The notes under the pieces were generated by a model. The model searched no databases. It was not told the DNA's origin and worked only from the letters and a program-made list of their open reading frames with translations. A program made the position numbers and the translations under genes. This document shows positions 13,535 through 23,489 of a stretch of DNA of 64,000 nt, one piece after another (within the stretch, counting starts at the first letter, position 1; the number at the start of each line of letters is the position of its first letter). The stretch comes from Polyangiaceae bacterium (lineage in GTDB: Bacteria > Myxococcota_A > Polyangia > Polyangiales > Polyangiaceae): NCBI GenBank assembly GCA_044222475.1, contig JBGANF010000011.1:42626-106625 (forward strand), in the 5' to 3' direction.

Positions 13535-14535
13535 CCTTCGAGGATAGCAGGCGAGAGGAGCGCGAGCGCCGGCTTCACGACGTCACGCACCGCGCGCCTC
13601 GCGATCTCCCGCGCTTCTTCGCACGTCACGCGACCGTGCGCGTGCCACTGATCGAGGTCGATGCCGTCGTAGGAGCGGATCGGCGCGTCGATCGTCGCTT
13701 GCGCTGCGCGCGAGATCGACTCGGCGAACACGCGCGCGATCGCCGGTCCGCCCTCGCGCACGGCCCACGCGGCGAATCCCCACGCGAGCTCGGCGTGACG
13801 CGTTTCGTCGCGCGCGATCTTGGCCAGGACGCGGCGCGCTGCCGCATCCGTCGTTCGCCCGAGCTGCTCCGCGGCGAGCGCGGCGCCGAGCGTCTCTCCG
13901 ACGCACCCTTCCTCCGCCGCGATCCGCGCGATCTCGGCGAGCGTCGTCGCTCCGAGGGCATCGCTCACGACGAGCGGCGCGGGACCCGCGCTCGCGCCGC
14001 CGTAGCGCTTCGCGAGCGCGAAGCAGGCGCGCGCATGCTGGATCTCGTCGATGCCGGCGCGTTGGGACGCGAGCACGAGATCGGGGGGCGCGCCGAGCGA
14101 GAGCATCTGCATCGTGAGGCGCGCGAACGCCGCGATCGACGCGTGCTCTTCCAGCGCGTCGCGGAGCCACGCCTCGGCGAGCATCGCTCGGGTGCGGTCG
14201 TCGAGGACGACGGGGGCGGACTCGAGGTCGAGATCCCAATCGGCGCGGGCGATCGTCGTCGCGGACCGCATCGAGGAGCCGATGAGGAACGGGCGGCGCA
14301 CGGTGAGCGAGATGCACCCGCCGTCGCCGTCGGGCACGGTACCGGGCGGACACGCATCGGTCGCGGCGTCGGCCGCGCCTTCAGCGACGGCATCCGTCGA
14401 CGCATCGGCCTTCGACGCGTCGGCGGATGCGTCGGCCGACGCGTCGAGGTTCTGGTTCACCGTGCCAGTGCTACCGCACGCGGCGATGGCGGACGTGATG
14501 AGGACGAGCAGGGAGCGGGAGGTGGCTTGACGCAT
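13501..14535 (-). CDS. Ferritin-like domain lipoprotein (myxobacterial type)
   Basis: IAAC lipobox; diiron-type motifs EEHASIAAF, DEIQHA, EEGCVGET and DETRHAELAW. Confidence 0.85.
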   Translation of the reverse strand: MRQATSRSLLVLITSAIAACGSTGTVNQNLDASADASADASKADASTDAVAEGAADAATDACPPGTVPDGDGGCISLTVRRPFLIGSSMRSATTIARADWDLDLESAPVVLDDRTRAMLAEAWLRDALEEHASIAAFARLTMQMLSLGAPPDLVLASQRAGIDEIQHARACFALAKRYGGASAGPAPLVVSDALGATTLAEIARIAAEEGCVGETLGAALAAEQLGRTTDAAARRVLAKIARDETRHAELAWGFAAWAVREGGPAIARVFAESISRAAQATIDAPIRSYDGIDLDQWHAHGRVTCEEAREIARRAVRDVVKPALALLSPAILEGCEAPSSSLSS

Positions 14536-14580
14536 GGAACTCCATGGTCGCACACCGGCTCGTCCGTCACGAAAAGGTGA

Positions 14581-15177
14581 TCACTTGCACTTGCCGGACT
14601 CGTCGCCCGCGCAGCGCCAGGTCTTCGTCTGGCCGTTGACGCTGATCGTCACCTTGCCGAACTGGCCGGCCGTCTTCTCGACCGAGTTGATGAGGCGCGG
14701 CGGGTCGCACGTGCCGCCGAACGTGAGCGTGCCCTTGAGATCCAGGGTGAACGTGCCGTCCGGGCCGTCCTTCACCGACCCGACGGTGAGCTTCGATTTC
14801 ATCTCGCCGAGGAGCTTCGTGATCGCCTCGACGATCTGACCCTTCTTGTCCGTCGCGGTGAGGGTGACGGCGCGGGGGACGAGCCAATCGTCGCACCCGA
14901 TCTTCGTCGCGCCCGGCTGCTTCGCGCCTGCCGTGGGGTCGGTCGCGACGAGGAAGAGCATCGGACCGGTCGGGGCCGGGGCTGCGCTCGCCGTCGCGCT
15001 GGGCGTGGCGCTCGGAGTCACCGCCGCGCTGGCAGTTGCGCTGGGCGTCGTGTCCGCGGCGGTGGTGCTCGCGGCCGCGCTAGCGCTCGGCGTGGGAGCG
15101 GTGTCGGGCGGCGGCGACTGGCCGTTGTTGCACGCGACGAGGACGGCGAAACAGGCGAGGGAGAGAAGCTTGTTCAT
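14581..15177 (-). CDS. Lipoprotein with Ala/Thr/Pro linker, possibly GerMN-like
   Basis: LVAC lipobox; C-terminal domain with 'GCDDWLVP' and 'FGGTCD'. Confidence 0.65.
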   Translation of the reverse strand: MNKLLSLACFAVLVACNNGQSPPPDTAPTPSASAAASTTAADTTPSATASAAVTPSATPSATASAAPAPTGPMLFLVATDPTAGAKQPGATKIGCDDWLVPRAVTLTATDKKGQIVEAITKLLGEMKSKLTVGSVKDGPDGTFTLDLKGTLTFGGTCDPPRLINSVEKTAGQFGKVTISVNGQTKTWRCAGDESGKCK

Positions 15178-15181
15178 GGGC

Positions 15182-15766
15182 TCACGGGGGTGGGGCGCAG
15201 ACCCAGCGGTCCGCGAGGTAGCGAGAGACGTTGCGGGCGAGGACGAGGCCGGCGGCGCGCATGCGGCCTCCGGACGAAAAGTCCTGGGTCTTGGCGTTCG
15301 TGCGGATCTCGTCGAGCACTTGCTGTCCGGTCGGATCGAGGACCTGGATGATCAGGATCGCTTCCGCCGGTCGCGAGCTCACCCAGACGTTGTAGCCGGG
15401 CTCCCAGAACACGAAGTTCGGGCGCATCACGAAGACGTTCGGGTTCGCGGTCACCACTGCACCGGGCGGCGGCGGCGGAATCGTCATGTCGCCTCGGCGC
15501 TCGTGGAGGGCTTCGCGGAAGTAGCCGGCGAAGTCGGCCTTGTCCTGAAGGTAGCTCTCGCGCGAGTCGGGCTTCTTGTCCATGAAGTACTCGGCCTCGC
15601 TCTTGCCGCCGACCTGCAGGTTGTCCATGTGAACGTCTTCGACGATCACGCGGCACCCTGGCTGGACGAACGGGTTGGGCGTCGCCTCGCGGAGGACCAC
15701 GTACGGCTTGCTGCACGCAACGGCGAACATCGCGAGCGGAATCGCGAGGAGATGGCGCTTCTGCAT
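15182..15766 (-). CDS. Hypothetical lipoprotein
   Basis: Signal peptide and lipobox MQKRHLLAIPLAMFAVAC; ordinary globular composition downstream. Confidence 0.7.
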   Translation of the reverse strand: MQKRHLLAIPLAMFAVACSKPYVVLREATPNPFVQPGCRVIVEDVHMDNLQVGGKSEAEYFMDKKPDSRESYLQDKADFAGYFREALHERRGDMTIPPPPPGAVVTANPNVFVMRPNFVFWEPGYNVWVSSRPAEAILIIQVLDPTGQQVLDEIRTNAKTQDFSSGGRMRAAGLVLARNVSRYLADRWVCAPPP

Positions 15767-15810
15767 GGCGACAGTCGTAGCCGAACGTCCGACGCTGGGG
15801 AAGGGCGTGC

Positions 15811-16563
15811 TCAGCCCGGCTTCACGCGCGCGAGCGCGTAGCCGACGAAGAACGGTCCCATCTGGACGATGAACTCGCTCGTCTGCCGCGTCTTGCGCAT
15901 CGATTGCACGAGGTGCGAGAGCGGGTGCAGCTCCTTGCCGACGAGGCCGATCACGAACTCGTTGTCCTTCGCGTCGAGCCCGTGGCACGCGAGCCGCACG
16001 TCGTGGGCGAGCTCGAGCTGTCCGTACGCGTGACCGATCGCGCCGTGCTCGCGCATCATGCCGCTGACCTCTTGGGGATCGAGGCGCGCGAAGGCGCCGC
16101 TTCGGCGGAGCGGGTACCAGACGTGCCAGGGCGTGTCCTCGGCGAGGACGTTCTTCACCGGATGCTCGAGCAGCCAGTGAAGAAGGTCGGGCTCGTGGCC
16201 GATCGCGTACGTGCGACCGATCATCGCGAAGTCCGGCCGCATCGTCGCGTTCCCGAGGATCGTCGCGAACAACGGCCTCACGTCGCGCACGAAGATCGCC
16301 GGGTCCTCGCTCCACGTGAGCAAGCCCACGCCGCGCGGGTCCATGGCGTCGGCGTACACGACGCCGCCCACTTTGCGATCCTTCAGGGCGGCGGCGAGGT
16401 CCTTGACCTTTGCGTCCACCTCTCCCGCCGGGAGATCGAACACGAGCAGCTGCATGAAGAGGCGGCGGTTCGCCTTCTGTCGTTCGCCGTCCTTCTTTCC
16501 GCCGTACTCGTTGACGTCGATGGTGGGGAGCCCGGGTGCCTTCTCGGTCGTTTGCGTCGTCAT
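15811..16563 (-). CDS. Chlorite dismutase / coproheme decarboxylase (HemQ/ChdC)-family heme protein
   Basis: YPLRRS..F..L...MMREHGAIG (proximal His), GLDAKDNEFVIG and GPFFVG. Confidence 0.82.
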   Translation of the reverse strand: MTTQTTEKAPGLPTIDVNEYGGKKDGERQKANRRLFMQLLVFDLPAGEVDAKVKDLAAALKDRKVGGVVYADAMDPRGVGLLTWSEDPAIFVRDVRPLFATILGNATMRPDFAMIGRTYAIGHEPDLLHWLLEHPVKNVLAEDTPWHVWYPLRRSGAFARLDPQEVSGMMREHGAIGHAYGQLELAHDVRLACHGLDAKDNEFVIGLVGKELHPLSHLVQSMRKTRQTSEFIVQMGPFFVGYALARVKPG

Positions 16564-16594
16564 GTTTCCGCGGCTAGTGTCCCAGGCGCGACTC

Positions 16595-18055
16595 ATGAAG
16601 ACAAGCGCGGGCCGGGGGGTCGTCGTCATCGCGATCCTCCTCGCGACGTTCATGGCGGCGATGGAGGCCACGGTCATCGGCACCGCGATGCCGACCGTCG
16701 TGGGCGACCTCGGAGGGCTGGAGCTCTACGGCTGGGTAGGGGCCATCTACATGCTCGCCGCCACCGTCACGATGCCGGTCTACGGCAAGCTCGCCGACGT
16801 CTTCGGGCGAAAGCCAGTGATGCTCTTCGGGATCTGCGTGTTCCTCGCCGGCTCCGCGGCGAGCGGGCTCGCCCGGTCGATGGTGATGCTCATCGTGATG
16901 CGGGGGATCCAGGGCCTCGGCGCCGGAGGGATCCAGCCGATCTCGATGACGATCCTCGGTGACATCTACACCCCGGCCGAGCGTGCTCGGATCCAAGCGC
17001 TGTTCGGTGGAGTCTGGGGCGTCGCCGGGATCGCCGGGCCGTTGCTCGGCGGGCTCATCGTCCATGCGCTGTCGTGGCGCTGGGTGTTCTACGTGAACGT
17101 GCCGTTCGGCGCCCTCGCCGCGGCGCTCCTCGTCTTCCGGTATCGCGAGAAGCTCGAGCAGCCGGCGAAGCGCCCGCCGATCGACGTGCTCGGTGCGCTC
17201 CTGCTCTCCGCGTTCGTGCTCACGCTCTTGGGCGGCGCGCGCGGCTCGATCGCGCTGCTCGCGGCGTCGGCCATCGCGCTGGTTCTTTTCGTCGTGGCCG
17301 AGCGCCGTCATCCCTCGCCGATGTTGCCGATCGACCTCCTCACGCGACGGCTCATCGCCGTGTCGAGCGCGTGCGGTGCGCTGCTCGGCGCGGTCATGAG
17401 CGCGGTCGTGATCTACGTTCCGCTGTACGTCCAGTCCGTGCTCTTGCGGAGCGCGACCATGGCCGGCACGACCGTCGCGCCCATGCTCGTCGGTTGGCCG
17501 CTCGCGTCCGCGTTGTCCGGCAGAATGCTGCTGCGCACCGGGCCGCGACCGCTGGTACGAGTCGGTCTCGCCGCCGTGGCGGTGTCGGCCGTCGTCATCG
17601 ATCGCGTGATCGCCGGTGGCGGCTCGATCATCGCCCTCCAGGTGACGATGTTCTTCGTCGGCATCGGGATGGGCCTCGCGAACACCGCGTTGCTCATCGC
17701 GGTGCAGGAGAGCGTCGGCTTCGCCCAACGAGGCGTGGCGACTGCGACCACGATGTTCTTCCGCACCATCGGCGGCGCGCTGGCGGTCGGCATTCTGGGT
17801 TCGCTTCTCGCTTCGGTTCTCGCGGGGCGCGTCCCCGAAGAGATCCTCGACGAGCTCCTCGGTCCGGAGCACGGGCGCACGCTCGCTCCCGAGCTCGTCC
17901 GCACGATCGGAGGAGTCCTCCAGAGCGGGATGACCACGCTCTTCCACGTCGTCGCCGGGGTCAGCGTCGCCGGTACCCTGCTGGCAGTGGTCTTCCCCGA
18001 CGTGAAGCTCGACACTCAGCGCACGTCGTCGAAGTCGACGACGAGCGGAGCGTGA
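16595..18055 (+). CDS. MFS drug:H+ antiporter (DHA2, 14-TM type)
   Basis: Motif A GKLADVFGRK, RGIQGLGAGG and GPLLGG; many hydrophobic helices. Confidence 0.92.
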   Translation: MKTSAGRGVVVIAILLATFMAAMEATVIGTAMPTVVGDLGGLELYGWVGAIYMLAATVTMPVYGKLADVFGRKPVMLFGICVFLAGSAASGLARSMVMLIVMRGIQGLGAGGIQPISMTILGDIYTPAERARIQALFGGVWGVAGIAGPLLGGLIVHALSWRWVFYVNVPFGALAAALLVFRYREKLEQPAKRPPIDVLGALLLSAFVLTLLGGARGSIALLAASAIALVLFVVAERRHPSPMLPIDLLTRRLIAVSSACGALLGAVMSAVVIYVPLYVQSVLLRSATMAGTTVAPMLVGWPLASALSGRMLLRTGPRPLVRVGLAAVAVSAVVIDRVIAGGGSIIALQVTMFFVGIGMGLANTALLIAVQESVGFAQRGVATATTMFFRTIGGALAVGILGSLLASVLAGRVPEEILDELLGPEHGRTLAPELVRTIGGVLQSGMTTLFHVVAGVSVAGTLLAVVFPDVKLDTQRTSSKSTTSGA

Positions 18056-18777
18056 TCGCTCGCCCCGAAATCGCGTAGCACCCGCGCCGCGGTCGCACGC
18101 TCGGCGAGCGCGGTGGAGGCGAGGACCATGTCGAGCCTCCACCCGATGTTCTTCTGCCGCGAGTTGCGCCAGTACGGCCACCACGTGAACAGCGCGTCGT
18201 CGTCGGGAGCGAGCTTTCGCCCGACGTCGACGAGACCACCGGCGATGAGCCCTTCGAGGAGCGCGCGCTCGGCGGCGCGCTGACCGATCGACTCTTTCAC
18301 GCGGAGGCTCTTGTGGACGTCGACGTCGGTGCGCGCGATGTTGATGTCACCGGCGATGACGACCGTCTTGTCGCCGAAGGACTTCGCGTAACCCTGGATG
18401 GCCTCGAAGAACTCGATCTTCGCGTCGTAGTCCTTGCCCCCGTTGGGCGCGTAGACCGAGACGAACACGGCGTCGTCGGTGTGGGCCTCGACCACTCGGT
18501 TCTCGGCGTCGAAGCGCGGGTGAGCTCGCTTCGGCGCGGCGGGGAAGCGGCTCTTGCGGAGGTGGATGCTCACGCCCGAGTAGCCTTTCGTGTTGCCGTG
18601 CCACAGCGAGTGGTAGTCGAGCAGCCCCGTGAGACCGTAGAGGTTCGGCGAGAGCTGATCCGTCGTCGCCTTGATCTCCTGGAAGCATGCGACGTCGGGC
18701 TTCTCCTTCTCGAGCAGCTCGAGCACCTGCGCTTCGCGGGCACGGATGCCGTTGACGTTCCAAGTGAGCACGCGCAT
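18016..18777 (-). CDS. xth: Exodeoxyribonuclease III / AP endonuclease
   Basis: Contains TWNVNGIRAR, QEIK, GYSGV, YAPNG, GDINIA, FTWW, GWRLD and SDHAP. Confidence 0.96.
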   Translation of the reverse strand: MRVLTWNVNGIRAREAQVLELLEKEKPDVACFQEIKATTDQLSPNLYGLTGLLDYHSLWHGNTKGYSGVSIHLRKSRFPAAPKRAHPRFDAENRVVEAHTDDAVFVSVYAPNGGKDYDAKIEFFEAIQGYAKSFGDKTVVIAGDINIARTDVDVHKSLRVKESIGQRAAERALLEGLIAGGLVDVGRKLAPDDDALFTWWPYWRNSRQKNIGWRLDMVLASTALAERATAARVLRDFGASDHAPLVVDFDDVR

Positions 18778-18791
18778 GAGGGGACCCTACG

Positions 18792-19589
18792 CTAGGGCGC
18801 CGACGTCGAGAAGTCGTCGTAGGTGTGGACGCCGGCGACGCCGTCGCCGCCCGAGAATCCGACTGCGCCGGCGGTCGTGATCCGGTCGGGATCGGTGTCC
18901 GAGATGGTCTGCTTGAACAGCAGCGCCCACTGCGATGGCGCCGTCAGCGCTTCGATGCTCGCGGTGACGACCACTGGGCTCGTGCCGACCGCCGAGAGGC
19001 TGAAGCGGTACGTCTTCCCCTCGGTGAGCTGCGGCGAGATCGTGATGGCGCTGAGCGACGTCACGAACACGGAGCCGCGCTGGCGCGCGATCCGCGCGAG
19101 CGTGGGGCTGTCGTCCACGTAGAGCAGGTAGCTGTCGAGCGTGTCGGGGATCGCCGCCGAGATGCTCTGCACCCGGACGTGGATCTGCGGGTAGTTGGGC
19201 GACGCAGCGGTGGGGCTGAACGTCACCGTCATCTGTGCCATCACGTCGAGGCGATCCTCGGCGGATGGGCGGTACACGATGTGGTCGCGGTAGCTGAGAG
19301 GGTCGCCGCCGAGCCAACGGACGGTGCCGCCCTTGAGCTCGTAGCTCGAGGGCTTCTTCACCAGCCACCCGTTCCCGATGAGCGGCCCGTCGGGGCGGTT
19401 GAAGTCGTCGAAGAACCAACGGCTCCCCGCGTCGCCCCCGGCGTCGGCGTCGGGCGCGACCGAGTCGATCGACACCGTGTCGGATCCTGCGTCGGCGGCT
19501 CGTCCGCCCTCGAGCTCGCCGAGGCTCGGGAGCAGGCACGCGCCTGCTGCGAGAGGGAGCGCCAGGAGCAGGACGGGCCACTTCGCCAT
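18792..19589 (-). CDS. Hypothetical lipoprotein with a beta-rich domain
   Basis: AGAC lipobox; 'DDFNRPDG...GNGW' at the start of the domain and 'YDDFS' at its end. Confidence 0.65.
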   Translation of the reverse strand: MAKWPVLLLALPLAAGACLLPSLGELEGGRAADAGSDTVSIDSVAPDADAGGDAGSRWFFDDFNRPDGPLIGNGWLVKKPSSYELKGGTVRWLGGDPLSYRDHIVYRPSAEDRLDVMAQMTVTFSPTAASPNYPQIHVRVQSISAAIPDTLDSYLLYVDDSPTLARIARQRGSVFVTSLSAITISPQLTEGKTYRFSLSAVGTSPVVVTASIEALTAPSQWALLFKQTISDTDPDRITTAGAVGFSGGDGVAGVHTYDDFSTSAP

Positions 19590-19604
19590 GAACCGATCAG
19601 CCTA

Positions 19605-21065
19605 TCAAGGAAGGACCGCCAAGCCCAGGTACCGACCTTCCGCGCTCGGCACGAAGCCCGCTGCGCGGGCGCTCGTCACCGCGACTTGGTCTTCGTGCCA
19701 CAGCGGGACCCAATACGCTTCTTCGAGGACCCGCGCCTCGACGGCGGCGTAGATGCGCTTGCGCTCGGCGACGTCGCTCGTCTGGTCGCCGCGATCGAGC
19801 AGCGCGTCGAGCTCGGCGTCGGCGACGCGCGCACGGTTGGTCCCCGACGGAGGGACCGCCGTCGAGTGGAGGAACGTGCGGAGGACGTTCGGTTCGGTGA
19901 CCTCCGGGATCTGCAGGCTCGCCATGTCGAAGTCGCCGGCGCCCAGCCGCGCGATCAGCGCACCGAGCTCGAGCGGGCGCACCTCGACGTCGAACCCGAC
20001 CTCGGAGAGCTCTTGCGCGAACACCTTCGCGATCGCGACGCGAAGGCGATCCGTCCCACAAAGGTACGTGACGTGGACGCGCGCGCCGTGGAGGAGCGCG
20101 CGCGCGCGCGGCGGGTCGGGCTCCCACCCGGGGCTCGGGGTCTTCGCCCACGACGCCGATGGGAGGAGCCCGGTCGCGATCTCGGCGCGACCTTCGAGCA
20201 TGTGGGTCACGACGGGGCTGCGGTCGATCGCGAAGCGGACTGCTTGTCTCGTGTCCCGGCTCGCGAATGGCCCGCGATCGGTTCGAAAGAGCAGGTAGGC
20301 GAGGTTCGCTCCTCGGCGCGCGGTCACCTTCAACGTGGGCTCGGCTTCGAGCGCCGGAAGGAGCGCGGGCGACACCCCGTTGATCGCGAGGTCGGCGCGC
20401 CCGCCGAGGAGGCGGAGAGCGCGGGCGTTCTCGTCCCGCACGGTGAGGAACCGGAGCGCCCGCGTGGCGGTGCCGGCGGCGTCCTTCGCCGGCCCGAGCT
20501 CGATGCGCCCGCGCTCGCGCGACGTCACGACCCATGGACCGAGGCCGTCGAGCGTCGCGGCAGCATCGGCGGGCGAGAAGGCTTCGTCGGCTCGCAGGAT
20601 CGGGAGCTCCAGATCGGACAAGAGCGTCGCGTGCGGCCTGCCGAGGTGGATTCGCACGATGCGATCCCCCTCGGCGCGAACGTCGTCGATGGCCTCGACG
20701 ACGCGGGCGTGGCGCGCCGCGACCTTCGGGTCGGCGAACGCGTGGAGCGTCGCGACGACGTCGGCGGCGGTCAGGGGCTTCGACGAGTGGAATCGGACGC
20801 CGCTGCGAAGGGTGACGACCAGCGTACGGTCGTCCTCCCAGGCGTACGACTCGGCGAGGTAGGGCTTCGGGGCGAGGCTGTCCGCATCGAGGCGGAAGAG
20901 CCCTGCGTGAACGAGGCGGGAGACACGCATGCCGACGGCATCGGTGACGAAGCGCGGGTCGAGGGTCTCCGCGTCGGCCGACACGAGGATCTCCAGCGCC
21001 GCGGAGTCACTCGCGGCTGGCGCGCCGCTTCGCGCGCACGACAGCGCGAGGGCTGCCAGGAGCAT
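19605..21065 (-). CDS. ABC transporter substrate-binding lipoprotein, family 5 (peptide/nickel)
   Basis: ALSC lipobox; TLDPRF, PYLAESY, LRSGVRFH..PLTAADVVAT and GLGPW. Start is approximate. Confidence 0.88.
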   Translation of the reverse strand: MLLAALALSCARSGAPAASDSAALEILVSADAETLDPRFVTDAVGMRVSRLVHAGLFRLDADSLAPKPYLAESYAWEDDRTLVVTLRSGVRFHSSKPLTAADVVATLHAFADPKVAARHARVVEAIDDVRAEGDRIVRIHLGRPHATLLSDLELPILRADEAFSPADAAATLDGLGPWVVTSRERGRIELGPAKDAAGTATRALRFLTVRDENARALRLLGGRADLAINGVSPALLPALEAEPTLKVTARRGANLAYLLFRTDRGPFASRDTRQAVRFAIDRSPVVTHMLEGRAEIATGLLPSASWAKTPSPGWEPDPPRARALLHGARVHVTYLCGTDRLRVAIAKVFAQELSEVGFDVEVRPLELGALIARLGAGDFDMASLQIPEVTEPNVLRTFLHSTAVPPSGTNRARVADAELDALLDRGDQTSDVAERKRIYAAVEARVLEEAYWVPLWHEDQVAVTSARAAGFVPSAEGRYLGLAVLP

Positions 21066-21116
21066 CACCACGAAGGGGACTGTCGCAAAGCTCCGCGGCG
21101 TTGTACGTACACGTCC

Positions 21117-22550
21117 ATGCGTCCCGCCTTCCTCAGCATCGCGCTCGCGGTGGCGCTCGTCGCGATCGGGAGCGACGTGCGCTCCGATCAGGCGCCCGCC
21201 CCGAAGAAGTCGCTCGCGGGCGCGGTCGAGGCGATGACGGGGGACAAGGCGTGGAAGGACGCGCTGGTCGGCGTCGCGATCATCGACGTCGACTCCGGGG
21301 CGATGCTTGCATCTTACAATGAACATGCGGCGTTGAACCCAGCGTCGAACGCGAAGCTTTACACGGCCTCCGCTGCGCTGGCGATTCTTCATGGGGATCA
21401 CCGGTTCGAGACGTCGCTCTCCGGCACGGTCAAAGGAAGCGACGTCTCTCAGCTCACGCTCCGCGGATTCGGCGATCCTTCGCTCCGGACCGAGGATCTC
21501 TACTCGCTCGTGCTCGAGCTCCGAGCGCACGGCGTCCGCAAGGTCGACGGCGACATCCTCGTGGATCAGCGCTTCTTCGACGAAGAGACGACGCCGCCGG
21601 CGTTCGATCAGAAGCCCGGGGAGTGGGCCGCGTTCCGCGCGCCGGTCAGCGCGCTGGCAGTCGAGGAGAACACCATCACGCTGCAGGTGCGCCCGACCGA
21701 GCCGGGGAAGGGGGCGCACGTCTTCTTCGATCCGCCGGGGTTCGTCGACGTCGAAGGATCCATCACCACCGGCGAAGGAGCCGACACGGTGGTCCTCGGG
21801 CTCTCGCCGTCGGGCCGCCGGCTCGCCGCCAAGGTGTCGGGAGCGGTCGGCGCCGACGCCAAGCTCGTGCGCTACACGCGCCGGGTCGACGACCCGACGT
21901 TGCTCGGCGGGTACGTCCTGAAGTCGCAGCTCGAGCGCGAGGGCATCTCGTTCAGCGGTGACGTCAAAGCCGGATCGAGCAAGGGCACCGTCCTCGCGAA
22001 GCACACGTCCGAGCCGCTCTCGACGTTGCTCTACGCGCTCGGCAAGCAGAGCGACAACTTCTACGCCGAGATGATCTTCAAGGACCTCGGCAGCGAAGCC
22101 GCTGGCCGGCCCGCCAAGGCGGACGCGGCGGCGAAGGCGGTCACGAAGTACGTCGACGACGTGGGTGCGAAGGACGCAGGCCTGGTCTTCAAGAACGGCT
22201 CGGGCCTCTACGACGCCAACCGCGTCACCGCCGACAGCGTCACGAAGCTCCTCCGCGCGAGCTACCGCGACCCGGCGATCAGCTCGGAGTTCGTCGCCCA
22301 GCTCGCGATCGGCGGCGTCGACGGGACGCTGCACAAGCGCTTTCACTCGCAGGCCAAGCGGCGGTGCGTCCGGGCGAAGACCGGTACGCTCGACGACGCG
22401 ATCGCGCTCAGCGGCTACGTCTTCGGGCCGCCCGGCAAGGGGCCGATCGCGTTCTCGATCGTGTTCAACAAGGTGTCGGGGAAGGCCTCCGCCGCCCGCA
22501 TCGCCGCCGACAAGCTCGTCGAGGCGATCGTGCGCGAGCTCTGGGGCTGA
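21117..22550 (+). CDS. dacB: D-Ala-D-Ala carboxypeptidase/endopeptidase (PBP4, peptidase S13)
   Basis: PASNAK (SxxK), SDN (SxN), NGSGL, GVDGTL and AKTGTL (KTG). Confidence 0.95.
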   Translation: MRPAFLSIALAVALVAIGSDVRSDQAPAPKKSLAGAVEAMTGDKAWKDALVGVAIIDVDSGAMLASYNEHAALNPASNAKLYTASAALAILHGDHRFETSLSGTVKGSDVSQLTLRGFGDPSLRTEDLYSLVLELRAHGVRKVDGDILVDQRFFDEETTPPAFDQKPGEWAAFRAPVSALAVEENTITLQVRPTEPGKGAHVFFDPPGFVDVEGSITTGEGADTVVLGLSPSGRRLAAKVSGAVGADAKLVRYTRRVDDPTLLGGYVLKSQLEREGISFSGDVKAGSSKGTVLAKHTSEPLSTLLYALGKQSDNFYAEMIFKDLGSEAAGRPAKADAAAKAVTKYVDDVGAKDAGLVFKNGSGLYDANRVTADSVTKLLRASYRDPAISSEFVAQLAIGGVDGTLHKRFHSQAKRRCVRAKTGTLDDAIALSGYVFGPPGKGPIAFSIVFNKVSGKASAARIAADKLVEAIVRELWG

Positions 22551-22573
22551 GGCAGAGGCGGTGTTGGCGGCGC

Positions 22574-23443
22574 CTAGAAGCGTCCGCCGTACGTCATCAC
22601 TCCGCCGCCGGGGACGGGGTGGAAATCGAGCGCGGTCGCAGCCGGCGGCGCTTCCTTCTTGCCGCCGACGAGGAGCCAGGTCACGCCGACGCCGAGTCCG
22701 ACGACGCCGACGCCGAGCAACACGATGCCGGTGATGAACGCGCCGCGCAGCGCGGAGACCTTGTCGGGATCGCACGTCCCCGTCGTCGCTCCCGCCGGGG
22801 GCACGCCGCAGGTGTCCTTGTAGTCGGCGTAGCGGATCTGGGCGACCGTCTCGACGATGCCGAAGCCGACCAGCGACGCGGCACCGATGCCCATGAAGAT
22901 CCACGGCGCGGGCCCCGCACCGCCGCCACCACCACCGCCGCCGCCGCCACCGCCACCACCGCCGCCGGAGCCCTTCGCTTCGATGCGGATGACGCGATCC
23001 TTCTCGCCCTCGGCCACGAGGACGGTGTCCTCGGAGCTCGTGCCGTCGGGGAATTGGTAGCGGAACTTGTGCTCACCCGGGTCGATCGTCTTGCTCGTTC
23101 CTTGAAGTCGATCGAGGAAGGGCTGGCCGTCGACCGAGACCTTCACGTCGAGCAAGTCTTTTCCGGCCGCGTCACGGGCGCGGATGACGACTGAAGGCAT
23201 CCCGTTGTCGACCTCGGCGAGCCACTTCACGCAGTCCGTCTGCACCGCCGACGGGCACGCTTCCTTCACGCACACGAGGAGCTGCTCTCGCGCGGCACCG
23301 AGCTTCTTCTCTCGGCGGAGGGCCTGCGACTTCTCCGCCGCGTTGAAGCACTCGTCTTTCGTCTGCGCGGCGGCCGATGGAGCGAACGCCGTCACCGAAG
23401 CGACGAAACCGACTGCGAGCACGGCCTTCAGCGAATGTCGCAT
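22574..23443 (-). CDS. Myxobacterial secreted/membrane protein with PEGA-like domain and poly-Gly linker
   Basis: Signal peptide, Cys-containing helical N-terminal domain, 'VSVDG...IDPGEH' (PEGA-like) and hydrophobic C-terminal segments. Confidence 0.7.
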   Translation of the reverse strand: MRHSLKAVLAVGFVASVTAFAPSAAAQTKDECFNAAEKSQALRREKKLGAAREQLLVCVKEACPSAVQTDCVKWLAEVDNGMPSVVIRARDAAGKDLLDVKVSVDGQPFLDRLQGTSKTIDPGEHKFRYQFPDGTSSEDTVLVAEGEKDRVIRIEAKGSGGGGGGGGGGGGGGGGAGPAPWIFMGIGAASLVGFGIVETVAQIRYADYKDTCGVPPAGATTGTCDPDKVSALRGAFITGIVLLGVGVVGLGVGVTWLLVGGKKEAPPAATALDFHPVPGGGVMTYGGRF

Positions 23444-23489
23444 GTCACGAGGAGAGCAAAGAGGCCCTGCTTTGTAAAGCAAGGCGCTC

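Noticed and set aside
18825..22904. 1241-aa and 1099-aa overlapping opposite-strand ORFs
   Set aside because: Each is a real gene (dacB or the ABC binding protein) extended by the stop-poor antisense frame of its neighbour, which is expected at this GC content.
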